Positions 1 to 9,064 of a stretch of 64,000 nucleotides of DNA are shown here, in pieces. Under the pieces are notes generated by a model. It had not been told where the DNA came from, searched no databases, and saw nothing but the letters and a program-made list of their open reading frames with translations. Position 1 is the first letter of the stretch, and every line of letters starts with the position of its first letter. Made by a program: the position numbers and the translations under genes. Source of the stretch: Chloroflexota bacterium (lineage in GTDB: Bacteria > Chloroflexota > UBA6077 > CF-72); contig JACPOP010000008.1 in assembly GCA_016191465.1 (NCBI GenBank), positions 303,571 through 367,570 on the forward strand, written 5' to 3'.

Positions 1-9
1 AACCTCCGT

Positions 10-1542
10 ATGCGGCCATCTCCCACCATCACCCTCCCCGCCGTCACGCCTGACGACCTCGCCAACGGGCTCCTCCTGCTGCTTCCCGTGCTGGTGGTCG
101 TTGTGACCGCCACCATTGCGTTGATACTGGACCTCGCCCCGCCCGAGTGGGTGTCCCGCCGATTCCTGCAATGGGTCTCGGCCTTCGGACTGGTTGTGGC
201 CATCGTCTACGTCGCGGCGCTGGCGCCCCTGGCGCAGCGGAGCCCCAGGGCTTTCGGCGGCTTTCTCGCGCTGGATAGCTTTGCGCTGTTCTTCGAATTC
301 CTGTTCCTCGTCGCGGCGTTGCTGGTGATCCTCTCAGCAAATACCTTCGCGGACCGCCAGGAATCAGCCGAAGGCGAGTTCTACGTGATCGCGCTGTTCA
401 GCACCGCGGGTCTGATGCTGATGGCGCAGGCCGCCGAGCTGATCTCCATCTATGTCTCGCTCGAGCTCTCAAGCCTCGGTCTGGCGTTCCTCGCCGCTTC
501 GAACAAGCGCGACCGCCTGGCGGATCAGGGGCGCAAGAGCACCGAGGCCGGGATGAAGTACCTGTTGCTCAGCGCGATGTCTAGCGCCATCCTGCTGTAT
601 GGAATGGCGCTCATGTACGGCATCTCTGGTGCGACCACGCTCGCCGACATTGCGCGGGCGTTCAGCCGAGACTCGACGCCCGCGGTCATCCTGAGCATGG
701 CCATGATCATTGCTGGATTCGGCTTCAAGATTGCCGCCGCGCCGTTCCAGTTGTGGACGCCCGACGTCTACCAGGGGGCACCCACGCCCGCGACCGCGTT
801 TTTCTCCGTTGCCTCGAAGGCTGCTGGTTTCGCCGTGGTCCTGCGCGTCCTGAACGAGGCGCTGCCCGGCCTGACGGTCGAGTGGACCGGGGTCTTCGGC
901 GTGCTGGCGTTCATCACCATGACCGTCGGCAATCTGGTGGCGCTGGTCCAGACCAACATCAAGCGGCTGATGGCCTACTCCAGCATCACCCACGTCGGAT
1001 ACCTGCTCGTGGGAATAGCCACCGCGAGCCCGTTTGCGAATAGCGGCATCCTGTACTACCTGCTCGCGTACACGTTCACGAACATGGCCGCGTTCATCGT
1101 CATCACCATCATGGCGCGCTACGTGCCGGACGATTCCATCTCCGGGTATGTCGGCCTGGCGAAGCGGGCGCCGATACTGGCGCTGGGTCTGACGGCGGCG
1201 CTGTTGTCGCTAGCGGGCATTCCGCCATTCGTGGGCTTCTTCGCCAAGCTCTACCTGTTCCTCGCCGCGATCGAGCGCGGGAACCTGGGGCTGCAATTTC
1301 TGGTGGTGTGGGCGGTGATCATGTCAGCGCTGTCGCTGTACTACTACGGCCGGGTGATCCACGCGATGTGGATGCGCGAGGTCGAGCCGGCCGTCGCGGC
1401 CACCCAGACCGAGCCGCTCCGCACAGCGTTCAGCCAGTGGGTCGCCCTGGCGGCCAGCCTCGTCGGCGTGCTGTTCACCGGGCTCGCGGCAGCCCCCCTA
1501 CTCGCCGCGGCGCAGACGGCCGCGAATACCCTGACACCCTGA
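10..1542 (+). CDS. nuoN: NADH-quinone oxidoreductase subunit N
   Basis: 510 aa polytopic membrane protein with NuoN motifs (SLELSSL, EAGMKY, GFGFKIAAAPFQLWTPDVYQGAPTP, NIKRLMAYSSI, SLAGIPPFVGFFAK). Probably the last gene of a nuo operon upstream of the window. Confidence 0.95.
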   Translation: MRPSPTITLPAVTPDDLANGLLLLLPVLVVVVTATIALILDLAPPEWVSRRFLQWVSAFGLVVAIVYVAALAPLAQRSPRAFGGFLALDSFALFFEFLFLVAALLVILSANTFADRQESAEGEFYVIALFSTAGLMLMAQAAELISIYVSLELSSLGLAFLAASNKRDRLADQGRKSTEAGMKYLLLSAMSSAILLYGMALMYGISGATTLADIARAFSRDSTPAVILSMAMIIAGFGFKIAAAPFQLWTPDVYQGAPTPATAFFSVASKAAGFAVVLRVLNEALPGLTVEWTGVFGVLAFITMTVGNLVALVQTNIKRLMAYSSITHVGYLLVGIATASPFANSGILYYLLAYTFTNMAAFIVITIMARYVPDDSISGYVGLAKRAPILALGLTAALLSLAGIPPFVGFFAKLYLFLAAIERGNLGLQFLVVWAVIMSALSLYYYGRVIHAMWMREVEPAVAATQTEPLRTAFSQWVALAASLVGVLFTGLAAAPLLAAAQTAANTLTP

Positions 1543-1583
1543 CGCCTCGCCCAGTGGTCCGCCACCCGAGCGTCGCCGCGCTC

Positions 1584-1608
1584 TCATGCTGAGCGAAGCG
1601 ACGCATTC
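1584..1608. repeat. REP-like element, TGTCA/TGACA family, half copy A
   Basis: tcatgctgagcgaagcgacgcattc is nearly the reverse complement of 48074-48100 and related to 3035-3107, 12296-12320 and 54666-54742. Confidence 0.6.
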
Positions 1609-1764
1609 GTCTCGTTCTATCTGCGCAGTCTCGTTCTGGCGAACCACGAGCCAGGGCTCCTCGCGCCGCGGGCCTTCCGGCCTGAATCGGGCAGACAGGC
1701 GACACAGAGCCGGCAATGCGTTGGCGGGCGCTCGCCAGCCGCCTCGCACCAAAATGGACCTTCC

Positions 1765-2994
1765 ATGAGCTACTCGGACATCATCGAGCTGCGAGGCCAC
1801 ATCATCGACTCGCTGGTGCTGCCCCAGATCATGGAAGAGGTCATGGACCGCGGCGGCGAGTTCGTGATCCAGCAGATCGATGTCGGCCGGCGCAAAGATG
1901 AGCCGAGCTATGCCCGGATCCAGATCAGCGCGCCCACCGAGGAGCTCCTGCACCTGCTGCTGGATCGCGCCCAGCGCATTGGCGCCACGTCCGACCACGC
2001 CGAGCCCGTGTCGACGCAGCCCGCGCCGCGGGACGGGGTGTTCCCGGAAGGCTTCTACTCCACGACCAACCTGGACACGGAGGTGCGGCTCGGGTCCGAG
2101 TGGGTCCGCGTGGAGCATCCCGAGATGGATTGCGCCGTGGCGGTGGACAGGGCGTCCGGACGAGCGTGGACGCTCGCCCTCTCCGACATTCGGGCCGGCC
2201 AGGAGGTCGCCGTCGGCCACGAAGGGATCAAGGTCATCCCGCTCGAGCGTCCGCGGGTCCAGCCGCCGGTGTTTGCCTTCATGGGCAGTAACGTGTCCAG
2301 CGAAAAGCCCAAGGCGCTCCTGATCAAAGAGATCGCCGGGCGCCTCCAGGAAATCCGCGCCCGCGACGGTCGCGTCATCCTGGTGGGCGGACCCGTGCTG
2401 GTCCATACTGGCACGCGCGACTTCGTGGCCGCGCTCATCCACGCCGGGTACGTCAACGTGCTCTTTGGCGGCAATGGCCTGGCCACTCACGACGTGGAGA
2501 TGGCCATGTTCGGTACCTCGCTGGGCGTGTCGCTGGCAGAAGGCACCCCGCACGAGGGCGGCCACGAGCACCACCTGCGGGCCATCAATCGCATCCGGGC
2601 GGTGGGCTCGCTCAAGGCCGCCGTGGAGAACGGACTCCTCCAGAACGGCGTGATGCACGCCTGCGTCACGACCAACACGCGCTTCATCCTGGCCGGCTCC
2701 GTCCGCGACGACGGTCCCCTGCCGGACGTGGTCACGGACATGATCGAGGCGCAGCGCCTCATGCGCGCCGAGGTGCACAAAGGCGTGGACCTGGTGATGG
2801 TGCTGTCGTCGATGCTGCACGGGATTGCCACCGGCAATTTCCTGCCGGCCAGCGTCACCACCGTGTGCGTGGACATCAACCCCGCCGTGGTCACCAAGCT
2901 CGCTGATCGCGGCTCCTTCCAGGCGATCGGGCTGGTCATGGACGTGGAAGGGTTCCTGCGCGAGCTGTGCGGTGAGCTGGGCCTGCGGACCTGA
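1765..2994 (+). CDS. TIGR00300-family protein (LOR/SDH-like; homolog of the ornithine cyclodeaminase half of ArgZ/AgrE)
   Basis: N-terminal IELRGHIIDSL, plus EGFYSTTN, GNGLATHD, HHLRAIN, AGSVRDDGPLPD, LHGIATGN and CVDINP motifs. Confidence 0.85.
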   Translation: MSYSDIIELRGHIIDSLVLPQIMEEVMDRGGEFVIQQIDVGRRKDEPSYARIQISAPTEELLHLLLDRAQRIGATSDHAEPVSTQPAPRDGVFPEGFYSTTNLDTEVRLGSEWVRVEHPEMDCAVAVDRASGRAWTLALSDIRAGQEVAVGHEGIKVIPLERPRVQPPVFAFMGSNVSSEKPKALLIKEIAGRLQEIRARDGRVILVGGPVLVHTGTRDFVAALIHAGYVNVLFGGNGLATHDVEMAMFGTSLGVSLAEGTPHEGGHEHHLRAINRIRAVGSLKAAVENGLLQNGVMHACVTTNTRFILAGSVRDDGPLPDVVTDMIEAQRLMRAEVHKGVDLVMVLSSMLHGIATGNFLPASVTTVCVDINPAVVTKLADRGSFQAIGLVMDVEGFLRELCGELGLRT

Positions 2995-3034
2995 CCCGGT
3001 CCAGCTCGGCGGACGGGCACCGGTGGTTGGGTGC

Positions 3035-3107
3035 TGTCATCCTGGGGGCACCGAAGGATCCGCCTCGGCTGCACGTGGACGGATCCTTCACTCCGTTCAC
3101 GATGACA
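3035..3107. repeat. REP-like doublet, copy B; may act as a bidirectional terminator
   Basis: Terminal inverted TGTCATC/GATGACA and inner GAAGGATCC/GGATCCTTC, between two convergent genes. Confidence 0.7.
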
Positions 3108-3173
3108 ACGCGCGACGGATCTCCGCCGCGCTGGACTCGTCTCCACTCTCGTGCCGGTCCTCCACACCCGGGG

Positions 3174-3899
3174 TCAGGCGCTGATCGGATCCTTCCGGGC
3201 CATGCCCGAGCGACGAGGGTACCTCGATGGCGTAGGTCCATGCTTCTCCCCGACAATCAGTCCGCGACCGTCTGCCAGCCCCGGCACCTGGATCGGCACA
3301 GGCGCCCGGGCCCATACCTTGAGGGCGCTGAATGCCGGTGCCGCGCGTCGTAGCTCGGCTTCCAGGTCGCCCCGCCGCTGCGCCACCAGCAGGCCGCCGG
3401 GCTCCAGGAAGGGTGCGCACAGCTCGACGACCGTGGCCAGCGAGCCGAGCGCGCGGGCCGTGGCCAGGCCGTACTCGTCGCGGTGCCCTGGCAGACGGGC
3501 GAGATCCTCCGCCCGAGCAGCCTTCACCTCCACGTCAGAGAGCTGTAGCATCTCGACGACGGCCCGCAGAAAGCGCGCCTTCTTGCCGGTGGCTTCGAGA
3601 AGCGTCAGCTTGAGCCGGGGAAACGCGATCTTCAGCGGGATGCCAGGAAACCCGCCGCCGGTGCCCACGTCGATGGCGCGCGGTGCTTCGCCGGCCCGCA
3701 GCCGAGCAAGGACGGGCACCGCGGCGGTGAGCGAATCCAGGAAGTGTTTGACCTCGACCTCCGGCGCGCTCGTGATGCTGGTCAAGTTGACCCGCGCGTT
3801 CCAATCGAGCAGCGCCGCCTGGAACTGGTCGAACTGCGCCAGTTGGCCCGCGCTCAGCTCGACGCCCAGGGTCCGCGCGCCGGCAGCCAGGGCGCTCAT
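3174..3899 (-). CDS. rsmG: 16S rRNA m7G527 methyltransferase
   Basis: WNARVNLTSI, KHFLDSL, DVGTGGGFPGIPLKI, LLEATGKK, ARAE, TARAL and a C-terminal YPRR. Confidence 0.95.
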   Translation of the reverse strand: MSALAAGARTLGVELSAGQLAQFDQFQAALLDWNARVNLTSITSAPEVEVKHFLDSLTAAVPVLARLRAGEAPRAIDVGTGGGFPGIPLKIAFPRLKLTLLEATGKKARFLRAVVEMLQLSDVEVKAARAEDLARLPGHRDEYGLATARALGSLATVVELCAPFLEPGGLLVAQRRGDLEAELRRAAPAFSALKVWARAPVPIQVPGLADGRGLIVGEKHGPTPSRYPRRSGMARKDPISA

Positions 3900-3940
3900 C
3901 GATCCGCCGCCGAACTCGGAGGTACTTTCAAGGCCAACCC

Positions 3941-3946
3941 TATAAT
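3941..3946 (+). promoter_or_regulatory. Candidate sigma70 -10 box for greA
   Basis: Perfect TATAAT in the short rsmG/greA divergent gap; no clear -35 box. Confidence 0.5.
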
Positions 3947-3961
3947 CGTACGGAGTGGCGC

Positions 3962-4816
3962 GTGTGCGCCGTAGTGCCGCGATACGCGGCCGGGAGGATC
4001 GCCATACCTGCCCCTGCTGAAGCGAGCACGCTGACCATCGGTCAAGCGGCCGCTCGATACCTGGGCACGTTGCCCGCTGGAGAACGCGAACGCGCGCGCT
4101 CCGAGATCAGCCGCTTTCTCGAGCATATCGGGAAGGACCGGCCCCTCAGCCAACTGAATCGTCGTGACGTCGACCGGTTTCAGGACCGCTTGAACGAAGC
4201 AAAGGTCGACCAGTCTCGCCGGATTGAGCCGGTGAAGCTGTTCCTCCAGGACTTGAAGAAGAAAAAGCTGACCGAGGACAACCTCGGAGCGGTGCTGCGC
4301 GTGCGGAAGCCGAAGGCGGGCCGCGGCGGCGAACGCGCCGAAGCTCCCGTGATTGAGCTAACTCAGGCGGGCCACGACCAGCTCACGTCCGAGCTCACGC
4401 AACTGGAATCCGACGAAATTCCGCGCTTACGGGACGCGGTGAGCCTGGCCAGGGCCGACGGCGACCTCCGTGAGAACGCGCCCTACCACGAGGCGAAGCG
4501 CGAGATGGGCGTGGTCCAGGGGCGGATCGATGCCCTTAGGAATCAGCTCGGCTCGTCGAAGATCGTCGCCCGGCAGCAGAGCACGGAGAAAGCCGGGCTG
4601 GGTAGCCGCGTCGTGCTGCGGGACACCGACTACGACGAAGAGCACACCTTCACGCTGGTGGGCCCCGGTGAGGTCAAGCCCCGAGAGGGCAAGATTTCCA
4701 TCCAGTCTCCCGTCGGCAATGCGTTGAAGGGCAAGTCCGTCGGCGAGAAAGTGGAAGTTGATACCCCTCAGGGAGTACACCAGTACACCGTGGTGAGGAT
4801 CGAGCGCGCGGAGTAG
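3962..4816 (+). CDS. greA: Transcription elongation factor GreA with an extra N-terminal domain of about 110 aa
   Basis: C-terminal ~155 aa carry GDLRENAPYHEAK with both acidic catalytic residues, FTLVGPGE, and KISIQSPVGNALKGK. Start uncertain: GTG 3962 or ATA 4004. Confidence 0.9.
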   Translation: MCAVVPRYAAGRIAIPAPAEASTLTIGQAAARYLGTLPAGERERARSEISRFLEHIGKDRPLSQLNRRDVDRFQDRLNEAKVDQSRRIEPVKLFLQDLKKKKLTEDNLGAVLRVRKPKAGRGGERAEAPVIELTQAGHDQLTSELTQLESDEIPRLRDAVSLARADGDLRENAPYHEAKREMGVVQGRIDALRNQLGSSKIVARQQSTEKAGLGSRVVLRDTDYDEEHTFTLVGPGEVKPREGKISIQSPVGNALKGKSVGEKVEVDTPQGVHQYTVVRIERAE

Positions 4817-4828
4817 TACCCTTCGGGC

Positions 4829-6373
4829 ATGGCTACCCGGATCGCGTCTGCCCTGTTCGCGCTGACGCTCGTCTTCAGTACCGCGTGCGCGGGCTTGCCG
4901 TTCGCCGCCGGCAGTGGCGAGGCAAAGACCCCATCGCTGGCTCCGCGTGATACGTGGCTCTTCTCACAGCTCACGTTCCGACCGTCTGCCGGGCAGATGC
5001 TGCTCCTGACGCGCGTCCAATCGGCATTCACCAGCCAGCCCGGCTGGGACGCTGCCTGGGCCACACTGAACACCACGGCGAGCAGCAGCGGCGTGGACAT
5101 CCAGAAAGACGTTCTCCCCCTGCTGGATGGCGAATTGGCCATCGCAGCCTACAGCGACCCGCGCGACAGCCGGTTCGTGGGCTTCGTCCACAGCAGTGAC
5201 GCGCCGAAGCTCCTGAGGATCCTGGCGGCCGCCGACACGGCGGCGCGGGTCGAGCCCGGCTACAAGGGCGCCCCAACCAGCACCGCCGCCTCCGGCGCGA
5301 CCGTGCTCGCGGCGTACAAGGGCTGGCTGCTCTTTGGCGATTCACGCCAGGCGATCCAACAGACCATCGACCGCATCGACGGGAATGGCGGCGACAGTCT
5401 AGCGACGGTCGAGCGCTACACCTCGGTGGTCAAGCGGCTCCCCGCCGATCGCCTCGGCTTCGGCTACGAGGACATTTCGGCGAACACGCTGGACTTCGCG
5501 CGGGAGATCCTCGGTGGCGGTCCACTCGCCAACGTTGTCGGGGCCACGGGTCGGCTGGCATGGTCATTCGCCGCCTCCACCACTGGTATTGACGCCCGTC
5601 TGGAGGTCCTGAACGACCGACCAGATCCCAGCCTGAAGCGCACCACAGCCGGCATCCAGGGCGCCTTCGCGCAGCTTCCATCCAGCACGATCCTGGCGGT
5701 CGCCGGGTCGGACCTGGGCGGCCTTCTGGGCAGGGCACTCGAGGCTGCAATCCGCTCGGCAGAAGAGTCCGATCTCAACACCGGCGATTCGACCGAGCAA
5801 GGCCTGGCGCTGATCCAGTCGCTGCGCGACCTCGTGGCCGGCGATTGGGCAATCGGTGCCGGCAGGGAGGTCATCCAGGGGTTCACCGGCTCCGGCACTC
5901 CGACGAGTGGCGTCCACGCGATTGCCCGCGTCAATGACCCGCTGGCGATTGCCGATGCGCTCAACGGGGTCCTACCCGAGAATGTGCTCCGTCTTGGCGA
6001 AGGCTCCGAGTCCGCCTGGACCAGTGACAGCTTCGAAGGGTCGGCCATGACGGCGGGCCTGGATGGGCCGATCCTCTTCGCCGGCCTCGGCGGTCCCGAG
6101 TCGGTGTTCGCCGCGCGCTCGTCGCTCGGCTTCTCCGGCAACGACCGCTACAACCGCCTGAAGCCCATCTTCGACCGAGCCGAGGCAGGCGTCTTCGCGG
6201 ATATCCAGGCGATCCGCGAGACGGTCGTAGATTCCCTCTCGGCCTCGGACCGAGCCAGCTACGAACGCGACGTGCGCCCATTTATAGCGCCCATTAAGGC
6301 GGTTGGAAGCGCCGCACGGTTCGAGGACGCAATGTCCGCCACGGGCGACCTGCTGATCCTCATCTCGCCGTAA
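4829..6373 (+). CDS. Secreted lipoprotein, DUF3352-like
   Basis: Signal peptide with lipobox-like STAC; DVLPLLDGELAIA and LPADRLGFGY segments resemble DUF3352 proteins. Family call from memory. Confidence 0.55.
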   Translation: MATRIASALFALTLVFSTACAGLPFAAGSGEAKTPSLAPRDTWLFSQLTFRPSAGQMLLLTRVQSAFTSQPGWDAAWATLNTTASSSGVDIQKDVLPLLDGELAIAAYSDPRDSRFVGFVHSSDAPKLLRILAAADTAARVEPGYKGAPTSTAASGATVLAAYKGWLLFGDSRQAIQQTIDRIDGNGGDSLATVERYTSVVKRLPADRLGFGYEDISANTLDFAREILGGGPLANVVGATGRLAWSFAASTTGIDARLEVLNDRPDPSLKRTTAGIQGAFAQLPSSTILAVAGSDLGGLLGRALEAAIRSAEESDLNTGDSTEQGLALIQSLRDLVAGDWAIGAGREVIQGFTGSGTPTSGVHAIARVNDPLAIADALNGVLPENVLRLGEGSESAWTSDSFEGSAMTAGLDGPILFAGLGGPESVFAARSSLGFSGNDRYNRLKPIFDRAEAGVFADIQAIRETVVDSLSASDRASYERDVRPFIAPIKAVGSAARFEDAMSATGDLLILISP

Positions 6374-6396
6374 GCCTCGGGGCGGACAAGCACCTG

Positions 6397-6568
6397 GTGA
6401 GCCAGACGCTCCCGCTTGACGGCGCGGAGACGTTTGGCTCGCCAGGCGGTACTGCCCGGCCGGATTACCGTTCCCTGCCACGCGGGGACTATCCTCTCGC
6501 CGAAGACGTTCGCGTCCATCTGTACCCAGGCGGGCCTGACGGTGGACGAGGTGATGGAGCTACTATGA
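6397..6568 (+). pseudogene. hicA: Degenerate HicA-family toxin gene
   Basis: GTG-MSQTLP in one frame, then LTAR...PGRITVPCHAGTILSPKTFASICTQAGLTVDEVMELL* in another. Its TGA (6566-6568) overlaps the hicB ATG. The GSH motif and helix 1 are missing. Confidence 0.75.
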
Positions 6569-6801
6569 CCGAACGCCGCTATACGATCTTGCTCGATCCG
6601 GGCGGTGAGACCGGGACCTACACCGTGACCGTCCCGGCGCTGCCAGGGGTGGTGACCCAGGGCAGTAGCGTCGAGGAGGCGATGATGATGATGGCCCGGG
6701 AGGCGATCCGATGCCATCTCGAGGGGTTGCTGAAGGACGGGGAACCCATCCCCGAGGAGCGGGCCAAGCCGCGCCTCGCGACCGTCCAGGTCGCCGCCTA
6801 G
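6565..6801 (+). CDS. hicB: HicB-family antitoxin, 78 aa
   Basis: YTILLDP...YTVTVPALPGVVTQGSSVEEA...AREAIRCHLEGLLKDGEPIPEE is a typical HicB N-domain. The start was moved from 6397 to the ATG coupled with the hicA stop. Confidence 0.85.
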   Translation: MTERRYTILLDPGGETGTYTVTVPALPGVVTQGSSVEEAMMMMAREAIRCHLEGLLKDGEPIPEERAKPRLATVQVAA

Positions 6802-6830
6802 CCGCGCCAGGCCAGGGGTCGTTGTGTGCG

Positions 6831-7061
6831 AACGCCGGGGACCACAGCCTGGCGCTCAAGAGCGACGGCACGGTGTGGGTGTGGGGCTTCGGCTGGGCCG
6901 GCCAGCTGGGCGATGGCTGCGCCTGTGATCGCAGCACGCCGGTCCAGGTGAGCGGGCTCAGCGGCGTCACCCAGATCGCTGGCGGCTGGTGGCACAGCCT
7001 GGCGCGCACCAGCGATGGGCGGGTCTGGGCCTGGGGCTACAACGGCAACGGCCAACTGGGT
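6831..7061 (+). pseudogene. Fragment of an RCC1-repeat protein (about 1.5-2 repeats)
   Basis: GDHSLALKSDGTVWVWGFGWAGQLGDG...TPVQV...IAGGWWHSLARTSDGRVWAWGYNGNGQLG. No credible start or RBS, and similarity ends abruptly. Confidence 0.7.
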
Positions 7062-7270
7062 CATCCTGTCGGATACCGTGTCCGCATCGCGCCGCCGTCC
7101 CTACCACCGGCATCGGCCAAAGTTCACTACCACGGTGGATCCCGCGTAACTGGGCAGCGACCCACACTCAGCTCGATCCCGCGGCCGTCGTCCGCCTTGC
7201 TTCGACGCCTGGACGCGCCCAATGACCACCACCGTCGCCCAGCCAGGCGGGGCGACTCTCGGGCCGGCCG

Positions 7271-9064
7271 CTACTTCACTGTCACCGACTTCGCCAGGTT
7301 GCGCGGCTTGTCGGGATCAAGGCCGCGGAGGCGGGCCAGGTGGTACGCCAGCACTTGCGGCGGGACCGCGTTGACCAGCTCGGCGCCCTCGCCTACGTCG
7401 GCGACGGGGATGTGCAGGTCCCACACGTCGCTCTGGCGCGGCGAGATGCCCACGATGAAGCCGCCGCGGGCCTTGATCTCCTGGGCGCCCGAGATGATGG
7501 CGTGGAACGAGTCGTCATTCGGCGCCAGCACGATGCACGGCGTGCCTTCGTCGATCAGCGCGATCACGCCGTGCTTGAGCTCGCCGCCGGCGAAGCCCTC
7601 GGCGTGCATGTAGCTGACTTCCTTGATCTTCAGCGCGGCCTCCAGCGCCATGGGATAGCTCGGCCCGCGTCCGATGACGTACAGGTGCTCGCGGTCGACG
7701 ATCTTCTCCGCGAGCGTGCGCATCATCTCGGCGCGGCCGTCGGTGAGGAACGCCTGGATCTCGTCGGCAGCACGCTCCACAAGCTCGCGGCCGTGCTCCA
7801 CGCGTCCGTGCATCGCGTGGGCCGCCATCAGCAGCACCGCCAGCTTTGCCGTGAAGCTCTTCGTGGCCAGCACGCACCGCTCCGGACCCGCGCCCAGCAG
7901 CACCGGGTGGTCCACCAGGCGGTACAGGCTGGAACCCTCCACGTTGACCAGTGCGGCCAGCTTCGCCCCCCGCCGTTGCGCCGCCTTCATGGAGTCCAAC
8001 AGGTCGATCGTCTCGCCGCTCTGGCTCAACCCCACCACCAGGCTCTTTGGGTCGATGAAGTGCTCCAGGTAGCCGAACTCGGAGCCGACCGCGAAGCTCA
8101 CCTGCTTCCCCGCGATGCGCGAGAACAGATACTCGCCCACCTTCCCCGCGTGCGATGCTGAGCCGCAGCCAACGAAGTGGACGTTGCTCGCGTGCGCGAT
8201 CATCCGCGCCAGGGCTACGGCATCGGGCGCGCACTGCTCCGCCAGCTTGCGCAACACCCGCGGCTGCTCGTGGATCTCCTTGGACATGAAGTCCGGGTGC
8301 CCCTCGAGGTCGGCCACCTCGTCCGCCCAGGTGATGTCCCACACCTTCGGGTCCAACAGCGGCTCCCCCGTGGCGGCGTCGTACAGCTTGATCGTGTCGT
8401 CCAGCACCAGGGCGGCCTGGCCGTCCTCCAGGAACGTCAGCCGACGGGTGTGCTCCAGCAGCGCGCTCGAATCGCTGGCCAGGAAGTTCTCACCGTTCCC
8501 CCACCCCAGCACCAGCGGCGAGCCGTTCTTCGCCGCCGCGATACACCTGGTACGCGTGTCCAGCACCCCGATGGCGCTCAAGCCATCCAGGCGGCGGAAC
8601 ACGGCCATGAGCGCCTGCACCAGCTGCTCCGACCCTTCGGGCACAACCGTTAGCTCATCCTCCACCAGGTGCGCGATCACCTCCGTGTCCGTCTCCGAGC
8701 GGAACGTGTGGCCGCGCGCCTTCAACCCGTGGCGCAGCGATTCGTGGTTCTCCACGATGCCGTTGTGAATCACGGCCAGACGCTCCTCGCAATCCAGGTG
8801 CGGGTGCGCGTTGGCATCCGTGACGCCACCGTGGGTGGCCCAGCGGGTGTGGCCAATGGCGAGCGTGCTGTCGATCAGGACGGTTTCAGCCTGGCCGATC
8901 TTGCCGATGTGCTTCTCCACTGCCAGCGCGGCCGGACGCTGCCCGTTCTCACGCGAGGCGATCCCCCACGAATCGTAGCCCCGGTATTCAAGCTTCTTCA
9001 GCCCGGCCAGCACCATCTGGGGCGCGTCGGAGCGGGTGCCTACGTACCCAAAAATGCCGCACAT
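7271..9064 (-). CDS. glmS: Glutamine--fructose-6-phosphate aminotransferase
   Basis: Starts MCGIFGY (Ntn Cys); has LEYRGYDSWG, GHTRWATHG, SQSGET, ELKHG and DKPRNLAKSVTVK. Start moved to ATG 9064. Confidence 0.97.
   Translation of the reverse strand: MCGIFGYVGTRSDAPQMVLAGLKKLEYRGYDSWGIASRENGQRPAALAVEKHIGKIGQAETVLIDSTLAIGHTRWATHGGVTDANAHPHLDCEERLAVIHNGIVENHESLRHGLKARGHTFRSETDTEVIAHLVEDELTVVPEGSEQLVQALMAVFRRLDGLSAIGVLDTRTRCIAAAKNGSPLVLGWGNGENFLASDSSALLEHTRRLTFLEDGQAALVLDDTIKLYDAATGEPLLDPKVWDITWADEVADLEGHPDFMSKEIHEQPRVLRKLAEQCAPDAVALARMIAHASNVHFVGCGSASHAGKVGEYLFSRIAGKQVSFAVGSEFGYLEHFIDPKSLVVGLSQSGETIDLLDSMKAAQRRGAKLAALVNVEGSSLYRLVDHPVLLGAGPERCVLATKSFTAKLAVLLMAAHAMHGRVEHGRELVERAADEIQAFLTDGRAEMMRTLAEKIVDREHLYVIGRGPSYPMALEAALKIKEVSYMHAEGFAGGELKHGVIALIDEGTPCIVLAPNDDSFHAIISGAQEIKARGGFIVGISPRQSDVWDLHIPVADVGEGAELVNAVPPQVLAYHLARLRGLDPDKPRNLAKSVTVK

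Noticed and set aside
6711-7613. 300-aa ORF containing RCC1 repeats
   Set aside because: Only 6831-7061 is RCC1-like; the rest overlaps hicB and runs antisense into glmS, so it was treated as a fragment.
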